This document shows positions 36,233 through 49,750 of a stretch of DNA of 64,000 bases, piece after piece. Under the pieces are notes generated by a model that saw only the letters and a program-made list of their open reading frames with translations, was not told the DNA's origin and did not search any database. Within the stretch, counting starts at the first letter, position 1; each line of letters starts with the position of its first letter. Source of the DNA: Moniliella sp. 'wahieum' (Eukaryota); assembly GCA_003971905.1 (NCBI GenBank), contig RSEE01000024.1, positions 620,001-684,000 on the forward strand, in the 5' to 3' direction. The translations under genes were made by a program, and so were the position numbers.

Positions 36233-36407
36233 CACATGTCAGTACTGTCACATGTCAGTGGTCATTAAGTCACTAGCCGCTGCATGTCACCGGTCACTGG
36301 TCAGCCATGTGACAACCACTATACAGCTGCTATGTGTGTGTGTGGATTGGCCCAGTTGGCCCAGGTCTGTCCGGTACACAATAGCTTCTTAGATCTTACC
36401 GGTTACC
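36233..36407. repeat. Heptamer cluster including mixed array TC-TTA-GATC-TTA-CCGG-TTA-CC
   Basis: Units at 36248, 36287, 36389. Confidence 0.9.
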
Positions 36408-36761
36408 CAACGCACACTCACGCTTTCATCCCGGTACCATGCGCGTACTCCATACTCGTGGGCTTTGTTAGGGCTGACTCAGCAGGCCTCATTAACCTGA
36501 GGTCTGTTGATGGGCTTGAAACTTCTTGAGGCTGGCTTATTGATAGCGTTTAGCTCTTAACAAGTTGACTGTGGCTTAGCGTCTTAACATCATGCTTAGC
36601 AGGTCTTGGGCCTTTTAGCGCCTCAAATTTCTGGGCTTAATAGCTTAACACCGTATATACCGATCTCATAAAAAGGTCTGAGCGCCTCAGCCTCAGAGGT
36701 GACCTCAAGGCTGTGCCCGCCATTATGGGCCTGGGTAGTGTGGGGACGACGGCGATCGATG

Positions 36762-36933
36762 TGGTGTGACGCCACACTGGTGTAGTGGCGCCGGTAGCCC
36801 AAGTCCGGACCTTCTGGTTTGTTCCGTGCAATATTCCTTCCTGGCTGGCAGGAATATTCTCTAGCCTCTGTAGCTCATGTGCAATGCAATCCACTATTAC
36901 CAACTGCCTGTCCTCTGGTCTTCAACATGTGGC
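36762..36933. repeat. Diverged dispersed repeat B, inverted copy of 54062-54238
   Basis: Shared tggtgtgacgccacact, ccggtagcccaagtccgga, ttccgtgcaatattc, gcctctgtagctcatgtgc, taccaactgcctg. Confidence 0.9.
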
Positions 36934-39900
36934 CAGAAAAGGTGGCTGCGAACTGCTATTAGGAGTGAAATCAGGACACTCAGGATGAGCTGAGCTGAGG
37001 CTCAACAGCCAGGCTGGCTCTTCAGCTCAACCTCAACGCTCAACGCACCCTCTCTGCTTTAACTCCTGTTGGAGCCGCAGGGCAGAGACGCTGCCTGTCA
37101 ATTGGCCGGTGGGAAGGAATTAATCTGTTTCTGTTCTGTTCCACCAAACATGCTAGGAGATTGGGTTTCGGGCATCGCGCTCCATGTTTCGTGGGGAGCC
37201 GCAGGATTATATGGAGGGAGTGGGGAGATGACGCGTGACGTGTGACATGGTGTGACGCGGTGGCGAGCATGGAAGAATCGGCTAGGACAAAAGGTACTTT
37301 TTACTGAGAGATCATCGATCAATGGGTGGGGACGAGGAGTTGGTCACACCAATGAGGGCTCCGAATGAGGTTTTATCCCCTAACTGAGAGGCCGTAGCTA
37401 CTGCTGTCCAATAAGCTAAAGATATTGCCTCCTGTGCAAGGATGAAAGAGGAATAACAGAGGCAAATATATAGCTTCTTGTAAGCAGTCGGTCCGCTGAG
37501 GCGAGTCCGACCTTGAGGAAAGAAAGGAAGGGGGGAACGATGCGCAAGAGGTTTTGATAACCAGCCTTTGACGTGCCCGAGCGGCAGAACCATGAGACAA
37601 AACTTCACTGCCGTGTACCAGTGGCTTGGCCGCAAGACTCAATGACATGTGGTGTACGATCAAGCGCCGAGCCACATATCGATCCTCTAACAGTGCAGTG
37701 TGGAAAGGAAAAAGCAAAGCTTGGTTTTCGCCCCTCTCTCCACCCTCTTTTTGTCATAATCCCGCCATTATATCGCACGCCGGTCTTCTGTCTTCCATTT
37801 TCACCACTTTGAAGTCATCACATTTGCACAGAACTTCAACAGGGACGAAGAAATGCGGCGCCTACCACAGCTCGCTCACTAATTTGGAGCATGTTGTATA
37901 GTAGTTCGTACCAACTCTCAATCACAAGAGATGCCACAGTGGATGAGTTGCTACAGTATAGCCGAACGGAGGACAATCCAAAAGGTATTAAGTGGAGGGT
38001 TTTTGGACAAGTAGAGGATAGCAAAGGCGATGATGATGTGTCTGGGGAAGCCCAGGCTGCAAGACCTCATAAAATGCCACATAATGCCCACCTACAAAAG
38101 GGACAGAGAAGGGTTCGAGTAAGCAAGTTTACATATATAGTACACCGTTCGGCTTCGGAGATCAAAGAGGGGATGACGAAAGGGAGATAGTGAGAAGGCC
38201 CAAGACGTCCTTTTTCCTATAATGCGTGCGGGACCAGAGTTCCCATGAACAAAACCCATCTTCGGCGGTTACTATTTTTCCTTTCTCTCCTTTCCTCTCT
38301 TCATCGATGAGGTCTCAGCTTCATCGGTGGCGATCCGAACAGGGCGGAGGAGAGTTGGGCCGTAACGCGTAATAGGGCTATATCCCTTGTTGGTGAATCC
38401 ATGCACATCTGCTGCCCTCACGCCGTCCACGTAATGGAACAGCCTCGAGACCCTCTGGATGAGCATCCCACTGCAGGTTCACCTCTGATCGAGTAATGAT
38501 ACTCACACATCTAACAATAACTATACTGTTGTCACACAGTTTTTTTGGCTGATATCGCCCCACATTCAATTCATTTGCCTCAAGCTTGAATCAAGCGTCT
38601 CGCTCATCCCCTGTCCTTTTGCTAGTTGCACTATGTCCTGGTATTACATCACATGAAAGTTAGTACATTATCCCCCTCCCGACATTGTCTCGGATTTGAT
38701 CTCACTCATCTGATTAGCACCGTTTTAGTCTTAGCTCCCAACTGTGACAGCAATAGCAGTGTGTCCGTATACTATTCATGTGTGGATTAACGGCGTTCTA
38801 TACGGTCCACACGTTTATCTCGCTCACTCATATGTCGACCACGTGCATTCGTATCCGCTGCCGCTACATCAGGTTTGGAAATTAGAGTGAATGGCCCTGG
38901 AGAGCCATAGGACCGGCCTGACCACTCTGCTGGGGCGACACCGTTGGCCTCTCCGTCTTACAAATGTTATATGAATGCAGCTGCAGTTGCAAACCAGAAG
39001 ATGCCACGGAAACAAAAACACTGCACATACTACTGTGCCACGATCCTCTGATATGAGCTGCCAGGTAACCCTCCCTCTGTTGTTCCCTTCCTCATCATGT
39101 ATCCTTTCGTCTTCCAACAAATCCGTTGCCTTTTTTCTGGCGTACTTGCTTCTACTCGAGTCTCGTGTCTTCCTCCAATTTTCACAACTATCAAGAAAAA
39201 GGTGTAAACTATCGATGTCAACTCCAATGGGCAACCACTGTTGAGTTCAATCGGGGGGCAACTGCCCTCATCTGAATTGTCAGCCATGACGAACACAGTT
39301 ATGAGCGCCTGGGCGAGAACCCTGGGTCTGGAGCCGATTGGTCACAGCTGCCGATACCCTGGTCGACGCAAACGCGCCTCAAAAACCCTATGAATTACCC
39401 GTTTGCTCGCCAAAACACAGAAACAGATGTGGCACTCTCCCGAACTTGGCCAAGACCACAGTAGCTGTGGTGTAGCTTTCTCTGTTGTGTTGTTCTTTTG
39501 CAGTCGGCTCAGGCCCGTGGGTTTGCCCCCCCCTCCAACGCAAGTTGTTCGGCCTTTCGACACTGTCGCATAGGCTTCAATACGGAAACGATGTAGGGGC
39601 AGTCCCACCGTCTTATCGAGTATCTTCTTCCTGTGGAGTCCTCCTCGCCGTCTTCATAGTTCCTTTGGTGGCTCTTGGCCACCACGGACATAAGGCTGTT
39701 TCAGTTACCAGAACATCTCTCTTTTCCTCTTTTTCCTCTGTTTTCGCCCGCGCTGCATTGCGGCACAGCGACAGGATCAGTGCTCGCTCCACAAAAATCA
39801 AAAACGCGCGGTTGTGGTTTGATAGAAAGCGCTTATAGAGAAGTCTAAAGAAGGAGAGGATTGGTGGGCGGCTTAGAATCACAATTGAGATAAAGAAGCA

Positions 39901-40642
39901 GGCAGGCGGTGAGTCTGATGAACGTGGCGTTTCATTGCTCACATGGCTTCAATTGAGCTCTATAGCACGAAGGGTACGAGTTCAGGAAGGAAGATGTGAG
40001 CAGGGAAGAAATAGGATCCAAGAGTGTTTGGACGAGGTAGAGAGAAGAGGGGATAGCATTCATATGGGGTAAAGTCACAGAAGCGAATCAGGAGAACGAG
40101 TCGAAGAAACGATTGAAGGGATAATGGCAAGGGTATTCAAGGGCACAATATGAATCAGAGTGAGATAGAGACGAACCTGGGTAGAGACAGAGAGAGATAC
40201 AGAGGGCTGTTGGGAAAAAAGGCTATGAAGAGAGGCAAGGGGAAAAGGAAAGCGGCGTATGTGGGGTACCTATAACTGGAGATGCTTTACTACTGTGCTC
40301 AACGTTGCTCCCCATTTTGTCGTCGGAGGTCGCGTGCGTGAAGTCACGCCCCACACTTTTTTGGGTCCACTGTGTCTCGCCTCAGCCAAATGTGTGGTCA
40401 CGCCGCGGATTTGGCCGCCGCATGCAACCCATCGAGAGAGAAACGGGCGCTTCTACTACTATTGAAGATGTGGAAGGTTAATCGATTACCCGCACCCCCT
40501 CTGGGTTGAACTTGATATGCGCAAAGGAAACTGACAACAGAGTTTGAGGCCACGGCATGAACAATAGCAGCAGGGCATTTTGAGATCGATTAGCGATAGG
40601 TGCGGTGTGCCCTGGCGTATAGCCACTGAGAGTACTGTAAGC

Positions 40643-40912
40643 GTTCAACGTTCACTGAGCACTGGAGCCTCAGCTGAATGTAAACGTGTATGTGTCATGA
40701 CAATCCTTTTTGAAGCTTGAAGCTTGAAGTGTGGTCAACGCCAATGGAAACATCCCCTCTTTTGAGGCAACTGTGAACAGGATGTGTGCCTGAAGATCCG
40801 AGAGCCAAATTTACCTCCCGGCCGATTGATGCGCATTGGAAGAGCAACACATATCCAATACCTGGTTCCCGAGTATAATGAGATCTGAGAGTTCATCGAT
40901 CATCGATCATCG
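40643..40912. repeat. Heptamer cluster (TCA-ACGT, TGA-AGCT x2, TGA-GATC, TCA-TCGA x2)
   Basis: Units at 40645, 40711, 40879, 40893. Confidence 0.92.
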
Positions 40913-41923
40913 TGCTCCGAAACGTGTTCATTCCCGATTGGAGCGCACAATGTATAACCCGAGATCTTTGATGATATGTTGTTTCTCCTGGCTGTTTCAG
41001 AGGAGAACATTATTATTAATAGAACGAGTTTGCCTCCCTCTCATCTATCTTCACATATGCCACACAGTAATGCTCATGTCTACATTGTCGAAGGTTGGTG
41101 TACAGGAACAGAGCGTTTATTAACTGGATCTGTCGTAAAGGTCAAAATTACGTTATCAGGCAAGCTCGGGGTGTGTTTTTTTTATTTATTTATTTATCTT
41201 TTATAGTTCCCTGCCTATTCTGCCTCGGACACGGTCTTTCTTCTTCTCGAACTGTTGGAAGTCAACCTCTCAGCGTGCCGATGGCACTCATGCAGGGCGG
41301 GTTTGGCAACGGACGTGCCGATCCGAGGTAACGGTTGTCACCTCCGCATGAAGAGCATAGATGTGGTGAAGGAGGAAATCTATTGCTGTGGCGAGCGAAA
41401 AAAGCAGAGAAAGCAGTGGAGAGGCAGGAGGAGGAAGTGGAGGAGAAAGCGAGAAGAGAGGGCGGATAAAGCAATCATTGTGGCAGCGGAAGCCCTAAAA
41501 GACGGGACGTTCCACCTTCCAGTCTTATGCCGAGACAGAACCAGAACGTTGTGGCCGTGGATGTAAGAGGAAGAAAGTACTAAACGGTACTTTTGTTAGT
41601 ACAAAACGCTTCACTATTTAATGTACCGCAATGACTGTTCTATGCTTTTCGATTCCTCCTTTCATGATATAGACCGAAAGATGTTATCGTGTTATTTGTG
41701 TTATATATCGGACAAAAGAGAGGGTGTAAGGGGAAAGATGACAGAGATTCAAAGAGTGAAAAAAATTGATGTGAGAGAAGATAGTAAAAAGCCGTGCTGA
41801 AACTGGTGTGGATAGTCCGAAGGGGTGAGGTATCATTGCTTCTGTAAATGTACAGAAGACGGTGGGTGTGGATAAAGTGAGAGTGGTAGTATCACGGGGT
41901 GATTCTAAGAACGAGAGCCAAGG

Positions 41924-44180
41924 TCAGCGACGGAAGATGCCAGGCTTGTTGAGGTTGACCTGTCCTGACCTCTGAACATGTGGATGGTCCGCCTTGCCCT
42001 CCGGGTCATCCAGGAGAGAGGCACATGTCCTGATCGAGGGAAGCCAAGGATCAGCCCGCTCTGTCGTGCTGGGAGAGAGGGAGTTCGGATGGGGAGGTGC
42101 CTTGAGCAGTGCCTGTGCTTCAACGACGTTGGTAGGAACGTGGAGAGGAAGATACATTTCTTCAGCCAGCGGCCCTCTCAGGAGCCGATTGAGTGTCCAG
42201 CGTTGATCCGGGTGAACTGCGAGCATGTGCTGCAGTGCCACTCGGCTCTCACGCGGGATCAAGCGAAAAATCGAATCCGAAGATCCCTTTTGGTACGTCG
42301 TCTCGCTGGCCCTCGACGGCTCGGGCAGAACAGGCTCCTTTTCGGTCAAGACGGAAGGTGGGCAAGCACATGAAGTGTGTGGTTCTCCTTCGGCAACTGT
42401 GCTTTCGTGGCTTTGGTTCGAAGAGGGGGGCTGGGAACAGGCCAGACAAGAGGGACTTGTGCTGGATACAACGTTGGATACGGTAGCCGAGGGGACGTGA
42501 GATGTTGCACTTGAGGTGCTCTGAGAGATATTGGCGCGATCAAAGAGAAAGGAGGGGGCAGTGCTAGGTGCTGTACTGGCCGCAGCAGTATGACCGGGAG
42601 GATGCACAGTTTCCCCAGATTTGGTCATGGCAATGGGGAAATCTGAATTGGGCAGGTGCTGATGCGCGGCACTTCCCACCTGTTGAGCACTGCGGTTGAT
42701 CGTTGTGTCGGTGGAAGTTGGCAAGTTATTCGTCGATATGCGTGTCAAATCTTGGCCTTCCACTGACTTCACCGTAGCAAGCGGCGGACGGACCAGTTCG
42801 GGATGGCTCTGAACATAGAGACGATATGAAGCATCCCTTTCCGGATCGGCCACTTTCCAGGGAAAGCGACGTAGAACCATGGCCAGAAATATAATCCCAA
42901 GAGACCACACGTCGATCAGGCGAGGGTCATACCGGGCTTGAGTTAGAACTTCGGGAGCTAGATAGGGGTCTGATCCCACCACACCCGAAGCTGAAATGAG
43001 TTTGCCTCCTGATTGTGAACTGGGACGGAAAGTGAATGCCGTCCCAAAATCAATCAGCTTCACAACATTGTCCCGGGTCAAGACACAATTGTCTAACTTG
43101 AGATCCCGATGAGCCAATCCGTGAGAATGGAGGTAATCGACACCATCGACAACTTGACGGAAGAGGCAATAGAGTTCCTTGCGGCACATTTGGCCACTCA
43201 TCACGACTGAAAACAAATCGAGCGGAGCATACTCCATTGCGCAGCAGTATCTCTTCCCTGGCATGCCCATCCGCGGCGAGGAGACAAACACATCCAAAGT
43301 TTGGATCAGGTTGCGGTGCTGCAATGCAGCACCCATACAAAGCTCAGCCACCGCCTTGCGCTTGTACGTCTCCTCATTCTCCCCGCCCGCAATGCTCGGA
43401 ACTCCTTAATGGCCACCAACTTCTTGTCCTGGTGTCGGCGCATCAGACGTACTGTACCCCCTGCACCCTCGCCCACTGTGGGGCCCCATTGACCGTAGTT
43501 CTTGATCTGGACCATAGGAGTTTCTTGATCGTTCTTCCTCTGACTACGGCGCATGGAAGCATGCCTCGTACGAGGGGTTGAAGTAGGCAAGGCAGTGCCA
43601 TCACCTGTTGGGTGAAAGTGGATATGGAGGAACTGAAGCCAAAGTAAGTTAGCACACCCGCGTATTTGTAGCTTGACGGACGAAAGATAGGACACACATT
43701 ACGCAAATCGGATATTAGCCCGGCCTTCTTAGCGTTCTTTTTCCTACCTTGGCCAGTGGGTCTCTCCGATTGAGGAGGCAGAGAAGAAGGGGGATGAGGG
43801 GCAGGGCTGGTAACGGGCCGGCGGCTGGTGCGTAATCCGCGCGGATCACCCTTGCCCAATGCGGCATGCTGCAGCGTAGGCCGTGGCTGATGGGAAGTTC
43901 TAACAGACTCTTCTTTGGGTGCGGGGGAGCTGTTACGTGCGTGCGGTAACCCAAGAGCAGAAGCCGCCTCTACCGATGAAAACGGTGCTGGAGGGGAAAC
44001 AGCGGATGCGTCGGACATGGCAAATGATGCGGCAAACCTAGCCTTCGATCCCTCTGAGGGGGTACGGCCGCCGGGGGCGGTGTGTGGCCGATGAGAGGAT
44101 GAGCGGGGGTGGGCGTTGTGGCTGGTGCTGAGACCGTTTGAGCTGGGCGAGCAGCCCGTGCGCGGGAGTATGGCGGGCAT
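41924..44180 (-). CDS. HAL/Npr1-family Ser/Thr kinase (Hrk1/Sat4-like); intron 43633-43697; frameshift near 43380; start uncertain
   Basis: YGQWGPTVGEGAGGTVRL, AIKEFR, AELCMGAALQHRNLIQTLD, AHRDLKLDNC, KLIDFG, SGVVGSDPYLAPEV, YDPRLIDVWS, LRRFPWK. Confidence 0.9.
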
Positions 44181-44448
44181 GGCCGTGTGGAGGCGAATGC
44201 GCAAGATGGGGTGGCAAGATGGGGTGGTGGTGAGAGGCCAAAGTGAACTGCTGACCGGGGAGAGTACCTAACTATGCGCCAAGACGGGATCCAGGGTGAA
44301 GTGCACGCGATGCTGACAGCCGACACTGCTGGTGCTTGCGCCGCCCAACGGCGCTGGGCCTGAGCGCCCTGAGTCCAGCGGTGGTCCGCGTGTCAGCACA
44401 GGTGATGAATATAAAACTCTAGTGCGATTAAATCAGGGCGGCCACTCG

Positions 44449-44677
44449 TTACATGTTACACGCCCTGGCGCCGCTATCCCAGACACACTCCCCCTCTGCT
44501 GTGGGGCAACTGAATCAAATCACCCCGCGGCTGCCGCCCGTGTTCACAATCTCGTCATGCGTCACGCGTCACGCTTGCGCCCGGCGGCACCAAACGACCC
44601 CTGTGGCTTGTTCAGCGATCAACTGAACGTTCAACGTTCAACATTCAATGTTCAACGTGTTCAACTTGAACGTTCAA
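44449..44677. repeat. Heptamer cluster upstream of the HAL kinase
   Basis: TTA-CATG-TTA 44449, TCA-CGCG-TCA 44562, long degenerate TCA-ACGT array 44624-44677. Confidence 0.9.
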
Positions 44678-45115
44678 CCCGGGTAGCCTCTGCGAGACCT
44701 CAGGCACAGGCGCGGGCTACTATAACCGTGGCATCCTGGACGAAGACATGTGATTACTATGATGTTCTTTTCACTCGACAAACGACATGCATCCTACGGC
44801 CACCACATCCATCGCCGCCAACATCCACCCCATCCACCCGCATAAGCCGACCCAAGAGGAAGAAAGAACGAACGGCATCCGTTGAAACAAAGGAGGACAA
44901 AAGGGCGCACCGGGCAGCCAGCGGGCAACAAACTGATGAGAAGAATAAGGATGGGAGGATAAATCGGCAAAAAGGAGCAAAAAACTTGAGAGGAGATGCA
45001 CGGACGAGAGACCCGTCATTAATCATTGCTGGCACGAACGTGACATTTGTGGTCCACGGTAATAGTAGGAAGCTATCAGGAGCGCACCGCCAATCAGCTA
45101 GCAGTGGTCTGCGCC

Positions 45116-46665
45116 TTACAGAAAGAGAAGCGCAACGGGCGCCAATGCCGCGAGCACAAGACCAGTGAGGGCGAACGGCACAGCAGCTGATGTACGATCG
45201 GACACCGCGGCCTGGCTACCCGACCCCGATGCGGCCGAAGCTGCAGCCGAGGCAGAAGTAGACGTGGACCCTGATCCAGCTGCGGCAGGGGCGGCCGAGG
45301 AAGAGCCCGACTCTGCATCGTGAGACAGAGTCGCATAGTCTCCCAGGGTAGGACCCTTGGGGTCGCCAACCTTGGCAAGGCCGCCATCGGTAATGTTGAG
45401 CGCACCGCGCTTGGGCAGGATGGTGTCGACGGGCTCTACATTGTCTTTGGGTCCAAATTGGTTTTGGTACCACGGAAGGCCCACAATGTCGGGCACACAG
45501 TTCGGTTTGTACCCGACCGACGAGTTGCCCAGATCCCAGTAGTATTCCTTGAACGCCTTGACCGTCTGGTCCTTGGTCTCGTGCATCAGGGTATTAATCC
45601 CAGGCGCCGAGGCATTGGTAGCCCATCCCTTGTACTCCCCGGTAACCTTATCGTACGTGGTACCCTTGCAGTCCGCCAAGTCCTCCGTGCCACCACCAAT
45701 CTTGAGGCACCAGTCATCGGCCTGGCCACAAGAATAGAAAAGAAGTCATGGGTTAGTTAGTGACAAAAATAAAGGAGGGAAGTGGGAAGGGGATGGGGAA
45801 GAAGTGAGAAGTCATCTCAACACGTACGTCGCGGTTCCACATCACGGCCTGCATACCAAGTACCTCCTTGGCAATCGCACGGACACGGTTGTCGAGGTCA
45901 CCCTCGGGCGGGCGCCAGTACATGGGCACCTTGCCCGTGTACTCGTAGATCAACTGCATGGTCCAACCCAGGTCGCCAAGAATCTGCAGGTCAGTCTTGG
46001 TGGTCTGGACGGAATGAGAGAAGGTGTGGACACCAAGATGGATAAGGTCGTGGGTCTCAATCATGGCCTTCATGGCATCAGGAGTGTTGAGAACATTGTA
46101 CCCGATCAAAAAGTGCGTCGAAGGCTGCTTGTTCTCACTGAGGAAACTGGCCAGATCTTGCGAGTACTCTGTCGGGCCATCGTCAAACGTCACAGCCGCC
46201 ACATGGTCCGGGGTGAGGTACAGGTCGCCGTTGAAGCAATTGGTGATGGACCAATTGCAGACCTTGCTTGTATCCGTCCCAGGAGGATACTTGATACCTT
46301 CGTCCGAAGCGGTGGTCTGGGGGATGGAGGGAATGAGCCCAGCGGCCTTCTTGTCATTGTAGCGCTTCACCCAGGCGTCAGGAAGGAACTTCTTGCCTGG
46401 CGCCTGAGGGTCGGCGTAGGTGGGGTAGGGCTTTCCGTTGGCCGAGATGGCGCCAGGGGTAGGAACAGCGCCCCCTGGAAATAGGGCTTGGCAGGGCCAT
46501 TGTCTTGCTGGCGGCGGTGTGTGCAGGCTGGTCGTGGGCATGGTTGCGCTCAAAGAGGTAAGCAAGCTGGTTGCCGCGTTCAAAGGCCTGAGAGGCCGAG
46601 GCCTCGGAGATGGCGCTAGCCGCCAGGAGTGCAGCGGCAAGTGCGGCAAATGTAGGCGCGACCAT
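45116..46665 (-). CDS. Secreted GPI-anchored chitin deacetylase (CE4/NodB); intron 45722-45827; frameshift near 46500
   Basis: Signal peptide, TFDDGP, HTFSH, WRPPEGDLDNRVRAIA, WNRD|ADDW, LMHE, Ser/Ala-rich stalk and hydrophobic GPI tail. Confidence 0.93.
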
Positions 46666-49126
46666 GGTAGGAGTGTGACTGTTGCGTGGGGAGAGAAACG
46701 AATGTGTGCTGGGAGAAGATAAAGGTTGTCAGAGATGGAGAGCAGGGAACGAATGTGGTGGTGGGAAGGGTCAGGGTTGAGGCTTCAAGTAGGACGGACG
46801 AACGTTGCTTCAGCCCGGAGGGGGGGGAAAGTCACTAGTCATCCCGTCTCCGTCTCTATAATGCGAGGCTATAACAGAGTGATGAGGTATCGATGAGGCA
46901 TCGGTGAGAGCGGCGCGAGCGGTGCGTATGATTGCGTGGACGGCTTGGCTGGGCTTGGCTGGCGCACCGTGCTGCCTCTGTCCAGCTGCCCCCACGCGGG
47001 CATTGTTCTGCTCCCAGGGGATCCGTAAAGCTGGTGTGGTAAGTACTGGTTGCGGACCAGTGCCACCGCTGTAAAGAGCCGTTCGCAGCAAAGCAAAGGG
47101 CACGGCCCGCACCTGAGCGCACCGCTACAAACCCAATCACACACTGGCCCTCTGCCGCCAGTGCAGCCGATCGTCGACACACAGGCCCCCCTGCCAGAGT
47201 GATGGTCTGGGGTGCCTGACGTGGCGCAAATGGACGGCACTGGCCCCGTGCCACACATGCCCGCCGCCACCACTCCAGGCTTGGCACTGGCGCGGATGGA
47301 AATCCTTGAGCCGCACATTATCCTATCCCCAAGCTCTACCATTGGGCTCTGCTGCCGCACCCTTACAAAGCATGCATTACCGGCTACCGCAGTATGGAAG
47401 AGACCTGGGATGCCCGATCCTCGGCCCCCCTTGGAATGGCGGCGATACTCCGCCGAACAGTGGACTATTGGGTCTCTTGCTTACGCGCGCTTAGGCACCG
47501 CCACTGCCGAGCCTGAAAAAGGCCATACGAGAGCGGTCACATTAACGTTCGTCGACTCGTACCATCCCAGGGCCTCAGCCCTGTACTACCCTCGCATGTC
47601 TCACTCCTGCAGCACAGGTCGTAAGCCGGCAGCCTATCAGAATCACAAAACATATCGAATTCCTTCAGCAGCCGATCCCCGGTAGAAATCTCTTTTACAT
47701 CCTCCCATTAATAACCCTCGGCCAAGGCGTACGAGCGTAGATGTGTGCGCAAGAAGAGGAGAACCAGCAGCCCTTGATGGGGAAAAAGAGGAGACACCTC
47801 CCACTTGGCGCAAATGATAATGGCGTTCCCCACAACAGAGCAGACGAAACTGCGGAACCAAAAGGCGACGATGTATAACTGATCTCGATCTCTGTCGGAG
47901 TAGCCCGTAGCAGCAGCAGCCAAGATGCAAGGAGGTTGTCAGGTTCTGTTTGACGGGTACCGTGTCGGCCAACTCAACCTCCGTTGACTCCGGTCCCAAG
48001 TCGCTGCCGTCCAGCAAAAATGCCTTCAACTTCCACGGCTTCTAAGCAATTAAGAGTCTATATAATGCTGAGGGGCTTATTAAGGGAACAGAGTGTGGGA
48101 ATACTTCCTGACCTGGATGGGGCGCCAGATGCACCTCCTGAACGCGCTGCACGGAAGCAAGTCGAAGGTGCCAAAAGGGGAAGTAGGCCTTGATCCAAAA
48201 AGCACAGTCCTAGAGGCAGTTGGTCCAGAACCTCTTCGACGGATAGGACACGCCACCATCCGGAGACCGTGTATCGGGGCTCCTCTCTCTCCGGCGGTCA
48301 GCGGCAACGTATCGCGATTGTCCGCGTGTGTGCTCACGAAGTATCATCCTCTGTAGTCCTTCTGCTCGACGAGGCAACCTCTGATATCTGTTCCCTTTTG
48401 ACATGAGACGGGTACGGAACTGAGCCTATCCCCTTCAAGTTGCTTTGGAGAGTGCAGCAGCAGAAGAAGAAGAAAAGCAAAAGGTGGTGCTGATGCAGGA
48501 ACAGAAGGCGGCACGTGGGATGATCTGCATTTTTGTCATCGCGCGTTGCCTGTGTCGATGGTCAAAATGCCCACCACAATGTCACGCCACCAATGGCCCC
48601 AAGGTCGATGAGGGCACCCACGACAAACTGATGCAGCCAGGGCGGTACACCGGCTCCATGCCATGTTTTGGTTCCCCAGCGACATTCCATCGTGCCCACG
48701 GTGGGCGCCTCGGGAACGCCGTGGGATGAGACGAAGGAGCGGGCAGAGGAGAGTGATTTGGGTGTGCCACTCCTGTTGCCGCGGTATTGTTGAGCGATGC
48801 TGCCACTCTTATCTTCCCGCCGGATCTGTCCACGCCCTCCCCCCCCCCCCCCACCAGTGCTAAGTTCATCGTGTCTGACCCTTCTGCCAAAAAAAGCACG
48901 ACTTTCTCAGATTGGACGTAATACCACACTCCTACCCAGCCACTTACTTTTTGCCCTCCCTTTCTCCCTCCGCGGAAGTGTCAGAGCAGGGGGACATTGG
49001 GCAGCTACCTCAGGTTGGCATCCGGGCCGTGTTCCAGACCCTCAAGTTGGTACAATAAGGTGAGGTTATTTCGTCCTGAGACACATTGACAAAGAGGCAT
49101 TCTCGTTAGTCCTACACGTTCTATAA

Positions 49127-49221
49127 GCTTCAATGGGTTAGTGGTATACTACATCGTTGCCAGACAGCCCTAGTGCCTGTGAGACATCGATGTGACAGGG
49201 GTTCGATTCCCCTTTGAAGCA
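49127..49221 (+). tRNA. tRNA-Gly(GCC) with a 24-nt intron (49163-49186)
   Basis: Acceptor stem GCTTCAA/TTGAAGC-A, D loop AGTGGT, anticodon stem CATCG/CGATG with TT-GCC-A, T arm AGGGG-TTCGATT-CCCCT, followed by a T7 Pol III terminator. Confidence 0.93.
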
Positions 49222-49750
49222 TTTTTTTGGTTGTGCCATCAAATCCAGACGCCAAGCTGTTGACACCCCGAGAGTCAATTGGCCATGTACACCGCTGGCT
49301 TGGTCCTTTCCTACCTGAGGCGACAGGGGTGAGCCTCACCACCACCCTCATGCTCTCACTGGCGGCTCTAGTCACTCGAATCAAAATGACGTCTTGTGCG
49401 TGGGCATCGCATCGCATTGAATATTGACGGTACGAGCCACGGTTATGGGATGCACCTATATCACTCCACCTATGCTATAGCCACTAAATCCATCCATGTA
49501 TGTACAACAAGACATCGTTGATCTGAAGTGGGGGCAGGGGAGGCCCTCGACGCATTAGGACCCATGAGATGGGAGAGGATAAACTCGATCCCGTGTAATG
49601 GATGAAGGTTGGCTCCGGCCAGCGGAACCATAGGAGGGAGGAGGGAGGAGAGAGAGAAAGATGACGCAGAGGGGAAAAGGGGGAGGCGGGTGATGCAACC
49701 TGTACACACACCCTAAGCACAACCGTAGTGACATGACAAGGGATAGAGGA

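Noticed and set aside
31000..41900. Mating-type locus or intact transposon in the gene-poor block
   Set aside because: I found no homeodomain, pheromone receptor, CAAX pheromone, RT, integrase or DDE transposase motifs, and no LTR or TIR pair.
47640..48400. Possible decayed gene
   Set aside because: Short open frames with no recognisable motif or consistent splice structure.
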